Shown in pieces: positions 26,928-41,280 of a DNA stretch of 64,000 nt (position 1 is the stretch's first letter; each line of letters opens with the position of its first letter). The position numbers and the translations under genes are program-made. The notes beneath the pieces were generated by a model. The model was not told the DNA's origin, did not search any database, and saw only the letters and a program-made list of their open reading frames with translations. Source of the stretch: Octopus vulgaris (lineage: Eukaryota); contig OX597815.1 in the NCBI GenBank assembly GCA_951406725.2, forward strand, positions 32,364,001 to 32,428,000, given 5' to 3'.

Positions 26928-28431
26928 ATGTAGTTTACTTTTTTATTCAGGTAAGATCAACAAAAAAGGTATTCCATCCAGTGAGTGATAAATATTGTTT
27001 AATGTACATAGTATACAGTTCTGAATTACAAATAGCTTCATGCATTGGTAACTTGCCTAGACTACAACTCCAGTGCACGAAACTATTATTAGCTCGTAAC
27101 TGTATACATTAAATATTACATACGTATATGTGTGTGTGTGTGTAGATACACACACACACACATATATATATATGTATGTAGCCTCGAGTCATTTTTCAAC
27201 CTGGCTGGCTCCTGTCAACCATCCTACCCATGCATGCATGGAAGATGGACATTAAATGATGACGATGTATAGGGTGTTTGAAGTGGTGTACAGACACTGC
27301 ATGTTAAGAAAAAGGAGGCAGTCAGAATTTCGGATAATTCTTTATTAACACTTTCATTCGTTTAACCAAAATCTTCAAGAAAAGTTGAACCAATTTTTTT
27401 TCGAAGAGTTCAGTTAAATGAACAAAAGTGCTAATAAAGATATATCCAAAATTCTGACTGCCTCGCCATCTATTACACTCTCAGAGTGGTTGGCATTAGA
27501 AACCATGCCAAATCAGACTCATGTTTGGTGCAGCCCTCAGCTTACCAGCTCTGATCAAACCGGCCAACCCATGCCAGCATGGACAACAGATGTTAAATGA
27601 TGATGATGATGATACACACATGTGTATATATATATATATTAGTTAAAGTTTAACATTTTCAGGAACTGATGAAACATATATTCATGTACACACTTGTCAG
27701 GCTTCTGCATAGTTTCTGCAGTCATTAGTCAATCAATATCTGTAGAAGAAAATACCTGTCCAAGATGCCCCACAGCAGAATAAAGCCCAAAATTACATGG
27801 TTGCTGAGTGAACTTTTAACCCTTTCATTACCAAATTTATTTTGAGATGCTCTATGTTTCTTTCAATTAATTTTAAATGTAACAAAGAATTTAGTAAAAT
27901 AACTTAGTAATCATTAAGCTAGTGTTAGGAACATAGATTGTGACTAAGGTTTGGTGGAAGATTTTAATGCAGAATTTTTGAAAATAAGACATTTGTACTA
28001 CAGAACCAGGAGCAGTTTCAGGCGGGTTAGCATCAAAAGGGGTAATCACTCAACATGTCTGCGTTTATATATATTATCTGTTAGTAGGTTATATGAATTT
28101 TTAAGAATGCTTGTTTTTGTCTGTACATATAATACCAGCAGTGAAACTGTTACATCTTACAATAGAATGAAAACATTAAATATTGTAGTTCCAGATATTT
28201 GTTTTTATTCTTTTACACATTTCAGTCATTTGAATGCTCCCATGCTAAAGCACTGCCTTGAAGGGTTTTAGTCGAAGAAATTAACCCCAAGACTTATTCT
28301 TTGTAAACCTAGTACTTATTCTATTGTTCTCTTTTGCTGAACTGCTAAGTTATAAGTTACGGGGGTCATAAACACACCAACATCAGTTGTCAAGTGATGG
28401 TGGGGAAACAAACACAAAGACACACACAAGT

Positions 28432-28500
<69 letters not shown>

Positions 28501-28812
28501 ATAGGCTTCTTTCAGTTTCCATCTACCTAATCCACTCGCAAGGCTTTTGTCGGCCCGAGGCTAAAGTAGAAGACACTTGCCCAAGGTGACATGCAGTGGG
28601 ACTGAACCTGGAACATGTGGTTGGGAAGCAAGCTTCTTATTACACAGTCATGCCTGCGCCTGTATAATACTTACTAATCCTAAGACGGAATGGTCAGAGC
28701 TGGAACAACATTTATCATAGGCCTGTTCAATGAAGACCTGGTTCTAAATAATAACACAAATAAATAGCAAAATGACACAAAAAAAGAACCAAAAAAAAAA
28801 CGCTTGACTTAC

Positions 28813-30127
28813 GTTGTAAATAAAGGATATAGCTGTTGACTGTGTAATATATGATCATGATAAGTTCTTCACAAGATAGTTCATGGTATGATATAACTTC
28901 AGCGTCGCTTTTAGTATTAAGCATAAAATTTTTCCGTGGGAGGGCCTGAAAGAAACATTCTGCTAGACTAGTAAAAGAAACGGGCATTTCATCCCATTGT
29001 AACGTTATGCTATCATAATACAATACCAAAATAGTTTCCAGCATTTTAAATCGTATCAACTCTGATTTGATAGATCTAATCAATTTGATACGATATTTTA
29101 ACTGAGGAAGGCTATTGTATAAACTGACAAGATGTTTAGCAATATGTTCAGCCATTGAAATACTTTTGCAACTAATATATACAGAAATTTCTAGTAATTT
29201 TTGCAATTTATGAATTAGGATTTCTAACACATCAGAACTTCCTTCTTGTAAATTATCAAAAGAATACTTCAACATTGTAATTATGCACATAACAGAGGAA
29301 TGAGCTTCTTCATTGGCAAGTATTTTATAAGTCTGGAATTTTTTTGTTTCAGTGGTTTTTGAGGAAATAATTTCATTCAGCTCAGATTCAAAAACACTCA
29401 GAGAAAGTTCAACAACAAAAAACAAGTTAATTAATGACATTGGTGTCTCCTTTGCTATCTCTAAAAACTCAGACCAGACGAACCTGATGTTTTCTGGGTA
29501 ACGGTGACAAATAACATTAAGAAGTCGACAGATTTCGGAAGAAGACAAATGAAGAAATTCATTCATTTTGTGAGATTTATCGGAGTTGATTGATATAAGT
29601 AATTTAAATAAGCTTTTGGAAATGGAAATATCAGGTTTGCAGTTATATAAAACATCGGTAATATAAGCTGTATAATTGGCAAATGCAGTCCCTTCTTCAA
29701 CGTATGAACAAATAAGTGTCATAGACAACAAAGACTGAAGTTGTAAGCTTTTACCATATTTTATCACATCGGTTGACGGAGACTGAAATAAATAAGGAAC
29801 AAACAAACATTTTTTGATTTTCCGTCTTGGAACATAAACATCTGCTACACAGTTCGTGTTGGGTTTCCTTTCTGGTACTGCACAAAAAGAATTTTTGGTG
29901 TCATCATTTGTATCCTCAATCAAAATAACATTTTCTTGATTATCAGAGTCATCATCAACTTCTATTACAAAGTCAGGATCAATTTTAGTCCCTGTACAAG
30001 ATTTTGGTTGGTTAAATCTAGGCAGAAACAGATCCTCTGTATCTGAAAGCTCTGTTAAATCAGGTAGAGAACTCCACTCAGAACTGGAATCAGACAAAAT
30101 AATACAATGATCACCACTAGACTTCAT
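28813..30127 (-). CDS. SIMC1: SIMC1/Nse5-like protein, large coding exon (438 codons plus 1 nt)
   Basis: Long open frame; three acidic-flanked SIM-like motifs (CIILSDSS, FVIEVDDDSD, VILIEDTNDD); helical region aligns by eye with recalled human SIMC1 (LIHKLQKLLEISV...IAKHL...LPQ...IKSELIRFKMLETI vs IVCQLQRMLSIAV...IAEMM...IPE...MESHLLRCKVLEII). Donor GTAAGT at 28812-28807; acceptor of this exon at 30233-30234. Confidence 0.75.
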
Positions 30128-30846
30128 ATTTATCCAACCAAATGCTTATTTTCTTAGTTTGAAAATGGTAAACTTGAACTGTTGCAGCAGCTGCTCTTTA
30201 ATCGTGTCCAATCATACATCATTTCAAAGTTCCTGCAATAAAATTAGACAACATGGTAAATGGAAAAGGTAGAATTGGTATAAAAACAAAAGGTACAAAC
30301 TTCATAAACAAATATAGAACTGGAATGTTATTGTAGATTTTGCATTTCATGCTTTTTACACTTTATTATAATCTACAATTATTGGTTTCAAATTCTGGCA
30401 CAAAGCCAGCATGTTTGGAGGTGAGGATAAGTTGATTACATCGACCTTAATACTTAACTGGTACTAATTTTATCAAACCCAAAAGATGAAAGGCATAGTC
30501 AGCCTCAACAGAATTTTAACTCACAATGTAAAGACAAACGAAATGCCTTTAACAGAGGAAGTTGTGTTTGTATGAGGAAGATGTACAAGATCCTTCAAGT
30601 AGGTATCACTATAATCATCTTCAAATTACACAAATCAATAGTGAGTATGGTATAGCAGTTACCAACTTCTTACAGGTTCTTGGGAAAAAAAACAACTTTT
30701 TCCTTTTGACAAATTTTTTAAATATTTATGTAAAGCCTATTTTGTTACATGTCACAAAGAGTCAATTCCAGAGTTTTCAGACTTAGTTAAATCTAAAAGT
30801 TTTGAGTTTTGGCACATTTGTAATTGGTATAGAACTAAATAAATCT

Positions 30847-31850
30847 TGGTGGTGTGCAAGAGAGACGACTGTGGTGCTATAGTCATGTGTTACATATGGA
30901 TGAGGACAACTGTGCAAAAATGTGTCACACCCTAGCAGGAGAGGGAACCTGTGGAAGAGAGGAACTCAGGAAGACCTGGGATGAGGTGATGAAGCACAAC
31001 CTTCGAATGTTGGGTCTCACAGAAGCGATGACAAGTGATTGAAACCTTTAGAGATATGCTGTGCTTGAGAAGACCCGGCAAGCCAAATGAGACCATAACC
31101 TGTGGCCTATGCCAGTGCAGTATAACCAGCCCTCTAAGAGTACCCTTCAATCATTGGGCAATAAACCGTGCTTGTGAAGACCTGTTGAGTCAAGTGAAGT
31201 CCTTGTTGTAGCCGATGACAGTACCACCTGATTAGCACTCATGCCAATGGTATGTAAAAAGCACCATTCAAGCATGGTTGATGCCAGGCTCCAAGAGAGG
31301 TAAATAAGTAAATAAATAACAGACGGATAATGTGTCAATTCCTTACAGTTGTTTCCAATGAATTTTTAATTGATTAATGGAGACATTACATCATCAGAAA
31401 AAAACATTGTAGGCAATAAAGAAATATATATATATATATCGAGGAGACCTGTTGAGTCAAGTGCATGTACACGAACATCGAAACATATATCAATGGAAAT
31501 AGTAGTTGTGATACCTGTGTCGGTGGCACATAAAAAGCACCATCCGAACATGGCCGTTGCCAGCGCCGCCTTGACTGGCTTCCGTGCCGGTGGCACATAA
31601 AAAGCACCAACCGATCGTGGCCGATGCCAGACCCCCCCCCCCCGGCACCTGTGCAGGTGGCACGTAAAAAGCACCCACTACACTCGCAGAGTGGTTGGCG
31701 TTAGGAAGGGCATCCAGCTGTAGAAACACTGCCAGATCAGACTGGAGCCTGGTGCAGCCTTATGGCTTCCCAGACTCCGGTCGAACCGTCCAACCCGTGC
31801 TAGCACGGAAAACGGACGTTATACGATGATGATGATGATGATGATGATGA
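30847..31850 (+). mobile_element. Two adjacent RTE 3' fragments (30847-31290 and 31445-31850)
   Basis: QERRLWCYSHV...KTWDEV; the second copy is highly similar to the 16120-16580 3' UTR and ends in a (GAT)n tail. Confidence 0.88.
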
Positions 31851-32584
31851 TCCCTCTCATGCTTAAGTTATATTTGCCTTCACTATACCAATCTCTATCT
31901 CGTCTCATACATACCCGACTATCTTTTTCCATACTGTCCTTTATTCCTCACAAGTCTTCCACCCATAATCCAATTCATTCTGTCTTCGATAATGGAACTA
32001 GTAACTACTAACTTTTAGTAAGGATATTTTTCAATTCTTCCTTTCTGAAGACAGCTTTCTCAGCTTTTACGTGGAAATATGTACCATTTGCACAGCAATT
32101 CTAGAAACAGCAAGCAGTAGACTATATGCACAAGTTCTTACTCCCTTACTTATATTATACTTTCTACCCCTAAAACTCCACTGTAACAGCTCTACAATTA
32201 TGCTTCGTTGCTATTATGCTAAACTGTCGTATGTCCAAATTTGGCCAAATGCGTTTCTTTTCTCAATATTTATTTTTGCTTGTAATGAGCGGTTCTTTTT
32301 GTCAAACTCTTGTATCTCCAGCTGCTTCAGATACCAAGATATCAAAAATTGTCAAAGTACTGCTACGGAATAGTGAAACTATCTTTTCGCTTTCTGAAAA
32401 AGCAACGTTTTGGACTTTCGACACTTGCATAATAGTAACTGTTTAAATTATAAATTACATTCTCTGAAATGATACCACGTTTTACATGTTCATTTTTCTT
32501 TCCAATATATATATATATATAATATGTGCCCCAGCATGGCCACAGCTCATTAGCTGAAACTAGAAAAATCAAAAATCAAAATCA

Positions 32585-33555
<971 letters not shown>

Positions 33556-34033
33556 ACGGGAAGCTATGAAAATAAACAAAAGACGAAGGCAGGTGGAAAA
33601 CAAACGAACACGTTCACACACACACCTGCTCGAAGAGGACCACTAATAGTCATTTACTGTTAGGTAGGTACAGTAACATTTTCGTTTAAGTCACAATTCA
33701 AGTCGGAGTTTTAGTTGTAAACCAATATAAGTACTACTTATTTTATATACCTATTACATTGCGTCATTAGACGCAATTTTACACACACACACAGGTATCG
33801 GTGTTTATATACATATATACATACACACACACACACAAACAAACGAACGATGGGATGGCTAAGGCGTGATCAATTTTTGAATATATTTCTTTTCGATTAG
33901 AACTGACTCAATTCTAAAAGTAACCTATATCTAAAATGAAGTAATGAGAAAATTTGAGAAGAACTAAATTTTCAGAAAGTGAGATCAATTTGGTATATTA
34001 ATTAATTCATTCATTCAAATTACCTGTACTCAC

Positions 34034-34105
34034 CAAAGTAATTCGAACAACTTTTGCCTCCGTTTACGATTTCTGAGCGCGCGGTTGTATCTGTCTGCAG
34101 AGTAC
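34034..34105 (-). other. Candidate non-coding first exon of the SIMC1-like gene
   Basis: CpG-rich patch (gagcgcgcgg) ending in donor G|GTGAGT at 34033-34028, upstream of the 30232 acceptor; 5' boundary approximate. Confidence 0.45.
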
Positions 34106-35255
34106 ACTTTCAGAAGTTTATTTAAGAAAACAAAGTTCCTACTATATTAAGCTTTGGTATTTGATTTTTAAATTTGGCAGAATATATACATACACGTATA
34201 TATGTGCATGTAAAATATATATCCATATATTTACATATATCTTTACCTATATATATATATATATAATTTATTAAAAGTTGGGAGCTTTGTTATCATTGGT
34301 CCTGAGTACGTTTTGTGACGGGTCTTCATATGAATGTACAACAATGCTTTTATAAACGAAATTAATAAACCTATGAAAGTTAATGGATATTAATACGTAT
34401 TCTTAATAAAAGTATAGTTATGATATTTAAAAACAAGGATTTAAAAATATTTGGTGAGTACGAAAGCATTTTAGTAATTTTATTTCTTCAAAGTTTTTGG
34501 TACTATGGAGATCGGTTCTAATTGTCGATTAAAAAATGTCTATATTTAAATATTGTTTTCCTCATCCTTTAATATTAATTATTTTAAATATAATATCGAA
34601 CACTTTTCTATTCGGCAGATCTTCGTCCCCACTCCACGATGTTCGCTCTTCGTTAATTTTACGCATTATTTTTCTTTCGGTTTACTTCCTATTTTTAGAG
34701 GTCGCTAAATTGAGATATTTGTTCAAGTCTATTGCCGTCACATCATTAATTTTTTTCAATTTCTGATCTAAACCTATGTAGCGTGTAATTCACAGGATCC
34801 CGGGTCAAGTTCCTCCCCGTGTCATACCAGTCTTCTATTCCGTAATTTTATGCAATCTACTTTCTCAGATTGGCGATTCCTCTTTGAAATACATTCCCCT
34901 GAGGGCCCAAGCGCCTGACATTCGAGAATTACAACTCTACATGGTTACTTGATCTGTTGTAACAAATAATACAAAATACTCACATGTATAGTGGGGGTAG
35001 AATCGCTTGGCTACTGGAGATAACTGCTGACGCGTGCATACCTTGGCTATTGGCTCATGTAGGTAGGACAATGTCATACTGATAACACTTATTTAGGCTG
35101 AAACACATGATTATCACTGACCTCTTATTTATAGACAATAAGTCTGTCCTTTTCCTTAATAGCATATCAACTCTGGAGATTTTGCTCCTTGAGATTATCT
35201 CCCCTTCTCATATTGGTCATTATGATACATCCTCTAGAAGGAGATAATTTTAATA

Positions 35256-35492
35256 CCTATTTCTTTACTACCCACAAGGGGCTAAACACAGAGGGGACAA
35301 ACAAGGACAGACAAACGGATTAAGTCGATTACATCGATCCCTAGTGCGTAACTGGTACTTATTTAATCGACTCCGAAAGGATGAAAGGCAAAGTCGACCT
35401 CGGCGGAATTTGAACTCAGAACGTAACGGTAGACGAAATACGGCTACGCATTTCGCCCGGCGTGCTAACGTTTCTGCCAGCTCGCCGCCTTT
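35256..35492 (-). mobile_element. tRNA-derived SINE family B with 14-bp TSD. Older relatives near 3030-3250, 7145-7320, 30385-30550, 42000-42170
   Basis: Head ggcggcgagctggcagaa..gttagc, B box gagttcaaattcc; TSD agataattttaata at 35242-35255 and 35493-35506. Confidence 0.9.
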
Positions 35493-35773
35493 AGATAATT
35501 TTAATAAATCAACAATTTATGTTGTATGGCTTTTGATATATATGTGTTTGTATATGATATTCACAGGCATGTCACTGCCCAGTTTGGGTTATTTCTCTTT
35601 GCTCATATTTGTTTAAATTAGGCAAATTATATGGGACATGAATGTGTCTTACTCTCATTATGCATGTTTCTGTTCCTTGGCTACTGCAGCTAACATAGGA
35701 CAATTGTCATGCTGATGACGTCTAGAGAAACAAAAATGTGTGGCCATTACTGTCTTCTTATTTTCATGACATA

Positions 35774-36165
35774 TCTTTATATATAAAAGTGAAGTTGTGT
35801 GTCTGTCTCCTACGATTTAGATTCCTAACTACTCCCACATTTTGCGGTGCAGTTTAACCAAAACCGGGTATCTTATAGTCGTGATTCATATCGAGCCCTT
35901 CTGGGTATAAGCGCGCGTCTACGATGAGTCTACGATTTAAAAAAATTTACCATCATTTTTTCCATTTTAATGCATTTTTTCGCTATTATATAAGGGAAGT
36001 AACTCTCTAAAAACGTCTACGATGAGTCAACGATTTAAAAAAAATTACCATCATTTTTTATTCCATTTTTAATGCATTTTTGCTATTTTTTTGCTATAAC
36101 TCACTAAAAATGCTTATATAGTTATTTCCCTTACAAACCCGAGCAACGCCGGGCGATACTGCTAG
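35774..36165 (+). mobile_element. Non-autonomous Helitron (a 5' part also at 23344-23615)
   Basis: 5' TC, subterminal hairpin cccgagcaacgccggg (36138-36153), 3' CTAG, inserted between A and T with no TSD. Confidence 0.85.
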
Positions 36166-36289
36166 TAAATATATACATCTTTTAGAAGATTTTGCTGGCA
36201 AATTTTAAAATTAACATAAACATTTATTTACATGAAAGAAAATTACTGGCGAACTTTCATCTAATTCTTCCAAATCTTTATGTTAAATT

Positions 36290-37460
36290 AACTGTATTGA
36301 AGCCGTTTGTAAGAATTCTTTTTTTCTTTTTTTTTTTATCACAGCAACTGTTCGCACACCACAAGGTTTGATGGAACCTACTGGAGCAAGCCAGCATGCT
36401 GATAGCATTACAAGGCTAAGGTATTGGGAAAGCCAAGCACCCTCATGGACATCACTTGACACCTCGGTGAGACAAGCTGCCAATGTTGACAAGAACTTTG
36501 CAGTTAGTGGCCCAGTCCCTCTGAATGTCTCAAACGCCACAGGCTGGAAGAGATAGTTCACTGTCAGATCTCAATACTTCAGGGTTTTCTTCCTTTTGGC
36601 TACAGAAGCAGTGACCCTCTAGTTAACTGCAGCATCCAAGATGTGGGAGGAAACAAAGGAGTCACAGACTTTGGTGTCCCAAATAAGGCACCTACCTCTA
36701 ACCCAGGGAGAGAGGGTAAGACCACCTGGTCTTTTTCCATCACTTCTGGATAACCCCAATGACTCCAGAACTGAGAGGATATCAATCTGAACCAGGGCCC
36801 GCTTAATGATTAGGTTTAGCTTAGTGTGACGAGTGAAGTAACCAGCATTTAGGCAGCAAGACAAACCGGGAAAATCTGTAGAGTCGAGGGGCCTACCACA
36901 GTGGCACCTCTGTTCCCTACAGACATCAGCTCCTACTCTGAGTGTGATGGTGATACAGAGTTCATCTGGATTGAGTAGACCTCCGATGTTGGCCACAGGC
37001 AGGGCATCAATCCAGTCCCCTGAGAATTTTGCACTAGCTGAAAGTAGGCAACACCTTGAAAATTGATCAGATTGATCAGAGGCACCTGAATGCAGATTGT
37101 CCCATATTCTCTGTTTCCATCTATCCTGTAACCGTAACCAGAACTGACAAACCCAGCTCTCTCTATTGTGATAGAGCTTCAGCCATTTCCCTATTGGAAT
37201 TAATCCATGTTGGAGAGGATGTTGCCTACCAAAGGAGAGCAAGTGTCTGTGGAGGAAAGAAAACAGGGAAGAGATAAAGATGAGCATTTGTGCAGACCTA
37301 GATCCCGAAACTGTTTGGGTAAACCAGCTTGGTCGCAGGAGTCTGGGAAGAATTTGACATTGACCAAGCATTTGAGTTTCCTGAAGATTAGATTGTCAAA
37401 GTATTGGAGGGATGACAGGAATCTATAAGAGGGACTTTCCAGATAATAACTATGTCCTTT
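36290..37460 (-). mobile_element. Decayed CRE-clade (restriction-like endonuclease) non-LTR retrotransposon 3' part
   Basis: WIDALP, CHCG...TRHTKLN zinc knuckle, DGKRPGGLTLSPWVRGRCLIWD (RPDG-type RLE motif), FQPVAFET. Confidence 0.82.
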
Positions 37461-38730
37461 CACTTAATGGCATGTCAACTTGGGGGAATTCTTGATTCTT
37501 AAGATTATTTCTCCTTATGTGGAGCTGGTTCTTGAGTGCCATTTGGTAATTATGATGATGACACATCCTGCAGTGGCAGACATCATTTTAATAAATTAAG
37601 AATTTATATTGTATGGTACTTGATATACCTATATTTGTCTATGTTATTTATTCAACCCTGGAATGAAAGAATGCAAAGAGTCTACCTCAGCAGGTTTTGA
37701 ACATGAGGAGGCAATACAGTTTCTCACTTCACTTGAAATTTTCTCGTTTCATCTAACTATCTCACTTTAACACTATCTTTATGTCTGCATACAGTAGCTA
37801 CATTAAAAAACTCAAAACTTTACAGAAGAGAGTTGAAGGATCTAGCTCTAAAAATACTTAAATCACATTAAAATCAATGTGACTTAGGAACTTTTAACAG
37901 TGGGCAGAAATAAAATCAAACTGGCAATCCATGAATTCTTCACAACATAATTTATCCAATGACATTACATGTCTGTAAAAAAAATAAAACAAAAGATTTA
38001 ATGAAACTGAAAAAATGCTATTTATTGAAGTTCTTTTGAGACCTTTTTCCCTGGACTCCTCTTAGCAAAAGTGTCTTTGACGTTAAGATAGAGCTAAAAC
38101 TCAAAGCCCTTACCTTCCTTGCTTTCGTTTTAAGAACTTTGCTTCCCAACCACATGGTTTTGTGTTCAATCCTACTGAAGTCCCAGGCCAATCAAAGCTT
38201 TATGAGTGGATATGGTAGACAGAAACTCAAAGAACCCTGTCTGTCTGTCTATCTATGACATTGTTCAGTTTTATTTCAAGATGTCTAACCAATAGAGTAA
38301 GAGCCGGTTTCTAACCTAGATCCAAGGCTACTTCATTGGAATTTCAACCTCAACAACAGAGTATTTTTGTTTGTATGTATGTATATGTGCAGATTTGTAT
38401 GTTTTTCTTTATATATGCATTGTCATGCATATGGTTGCATATCTAGACATGCTTATATATATCTAAATGATAAACTTCTAGAAAGTTTTACAGATTTATA
38501 CAGTTCCAGTGATGGATTGGAACTGTAGTCTTCAAATTAGCTTTCACCTTTCTGGTTTTAAGAAGCCTAATTTCTCAAGATTGGTATGTAGGCAGTGTGT
38601 TACATATCCCAGGGCCCCAATTATTACAGGTATGAACTTAACTTGTAATCTGGATTGAGTAACTGCAGATTTCTCAATAGTTCAGCATAGGTTTTCTCGT
38701 TTTCACTGATCTTCAGTGTGTGTGTGCATG

Positions 38731-38762
<32 letters not shown>

Positions 38763-38822
38763 TGTATGCATACATGTATGTATGTATGTATGCATGCATG
38801 CATGCAGAAATGCTGTGGAAAG

Positions 38823-39571
38823 ATGAGCCATGGCATCCTGTTTTTACAGGACAATGCACCAGCACACACAGCACATGAAACTCTATGGAAAATGCACAAT
38901 TTTGGTTTTGAATTATTAGATCATCCACTTTTCTCTCCTGACTTGGCCCCCGCCGGCAATCACCTCTTTCCACAACTGAAGAAACATCTCAAGGGAACGA
39001 AATTTCACTCCAAGTCAAAAGTCATAGCTGCTACAGAAGCCTGGTTGGAAATCCAACCTTCTGAATTCTTTTTACAGGGCTTAGAAAAATTGAAGGACTG
39101 CTGCAATAAATGAGTGAATCTGAGAAGGGAATATGTTGAATGACTGTGTGGTACGAGCCACATAGTTCCGGGTTCAGTCCCACTGCATGGCACCTTGTCC
39201 AAGTGCCTTCTACTATAGCCTCGAGCCATCCAAAGCCTTGTGAGTGGATTTGGTAGACGGAAACTGAAAGAACCTCGACGTATATATGTATATGTGTATA
39301 TATGTTTGCGTGTCTGTGTTTGTCTCTCCAGCATCGCTTGACAACCGATGCTGATGTGCTTACGTCCCCCGTAACTTAGTGGTTTGGTAAAAGGAGCCCG
39401 ATAGAATAAGTACTAGGCTTACAAAGAATAAGTCCTGGGGTCGATTTGCTCGACTAAAGGCTGTGCTCCAGCATGGCCGCAGTCAAATGACTGAAACAAG
39501 TAAAAGAGTAATTAATTGATCCTCCTGTATTTTCTTTTTCCCAAAGCCAGGAACTTTTTGGCACCCCCTTG
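38823..39571 (+). mobile_element. Mariner 3' half with right TIR, interrupted by a SINE
   Basis: LFLQDNAPAH, HPLFSPDLAP, HLFPQLKKHLKG, EYVE-stop; after the SINE (39141-39509) comes a TIR-like end aactttttggcacccccttg followed by TA. Confidence 0.85.
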
Positions 39572-40026
39572 TATGCATGCTTGTGTGTATAAGTGTGCGT
39601 ATGCCTGTTTCCTTTCCTGACATTACGTGATAGTTGTGAATGAGTGCCTGCCACTCAAGCAGGCACTCATTCTGCCAAAACGTGTCTGGTCACAGGAAAA
39701 TATTGTTCGGAAACAGATGAGGGTTGGTGATAGCAAGTTCGTTCAGTCATAGAAAATCTGCTTCAACAAATTCTCTCTGACCCATGTGAACATGGAAAAG
39801 TCGATATTTAAACAATGATATCGATGAATAGATGAGTGCACAAGGGATAGTTCCAGGTTTCATTATTCGGTCTGATGTGTTGATGATTTAGCAGACTATT
39901 TATTATATATCATAGTATTGTTAACCACTCCAAACATAATGTGAATTTCTAAACTGGATACCTGCATATGAATAGACTTCAAGCGTCCTTAACCTCTTAC
40001 ATGGAGATTCATAAATGTATATATCT

Positions 40027-40475
40027 GTTTCTTTACTACTCACAAGGGGCTAAACACAGAGGGGACAAACAAGGACAGACAAAGGGATTAAGTCGATTAC
40101 ATCGACCCCAGTGCATAACTGGTACTTAATTTATCGACCCCAAAAGGATGAAAGGCAAAGTCGACCTCGGTGGAATTTGAACTCAGAACGTAACGGCAGA
40201 CGAAATACAGCAAAGCATTTCGCCCGGCTTGCTAACATTTCTTATTTCTTTACTACCCACAAGGGGTTAAACACAGAGGGGACAAACAAGGACAGACAAA
40301 GGGATTAAGTCGATTACATCGACCCCAGTGCGTAACTTGTCCTTAACTTATCGACCCCGAAAGGATGAAAGTCAACCTCGGTGGAATTTGAACTCAGAAT
40401 GTAACGGCAGACGAAATACGGCTACGCATTTTGCCTGGCGCGCTAATGTTTCTGCCAGCTCGTCGCCTTCAAAAG
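40027..40475 (-). mobile_element. Tandem dimer of SINE family B
   Basis: A full copy plus a head-clipped copy, head to tail, flanked by tgtatatatct (40016-40026, 40476-40486). Confidence 0.85.
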
Positions 40476-41280
40476 TGTATATATCTTTGATGTTATAAGA
40501 ACGGAAAGCGAAGAGTCCATTTCTATGCAATTTGTAGATAGGATAGTTTTTCATTTGACCTCATTTTCGGTTTTTCATATGCCAAGGGGAACAACTTTGA
40601 TGGACTTAGTGGCACAGTCACAACACCTTTTAAATAATTTAGAGTCACAATCGAGAATATAGTCACTGTATATACAAGAAAAGACGGGATGGTAATGTTT
40701 ATCCTGAATCAGCTCGATTAGGGAGATAAACAGCAACAGCATCAGAGCCATTTAGTTGGGTTTTTAAAATGTCCCTAATAATTTATTTATGTTTTAATCT
40801 TCGATTTAAATATTTTTAAAATAGGAGGTGCAGCATAAGTGCCTTGTTCTTTATTTTGTTATAAGTGTTCAAGTGATATTACAAGCTTCTTTACATGGTG
40901 CTTTTGTTGTTACTCTTAGACCAAGGTCCGAATGAGCAGATTTATGACCAAACGTTTTCCAGCTATGACCATTTCGCCTTCATTTTTTTTAAAATTCCAT
41001 TTTATTTATTTTTGCCGACATCGTGTATCTAGACTACAAATATCTTAATGTCCTCGCTCTTTTTCAAACGGTGGGTATTTAGCCGCTGTTACTAGCATCT
41101 CGAGTGATCACTTAAGGGCTCCTTACATATGTATAGCTATTGTAGGTGTGTAAAGCTAGAAGGTTTTGTTGAACGAAAAGCGAAACTGTATTCGAACTGA
41201 ATTCAAAACGCAAATGGTCAAAAGTAAATACTACGAGGTATTTGTCCATTGCTCTACTGATTTTGCGGTATTATTTGATC

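Noticed and set aside
28727-28812. C-terminal hydrophobic tail of the 466-aa ORF, resembling a transmembrane helix
   Set aside because: It lies after a consensus GTAAGT donor and is T-rich intron read-through.
35705-35745. CTGATGA...GAAAC hammerhead-like motif (also CTGATGAG near 45041 and 45354)
   Set aside because: No valid stem II, NUH site or stem I pairing.
37890-37972. Strong minus-strand acceptor (ttttttttacag) with a short open frame
   Set aside because: No partner donor or recognisable protein; cannot be supported from sequence alone.
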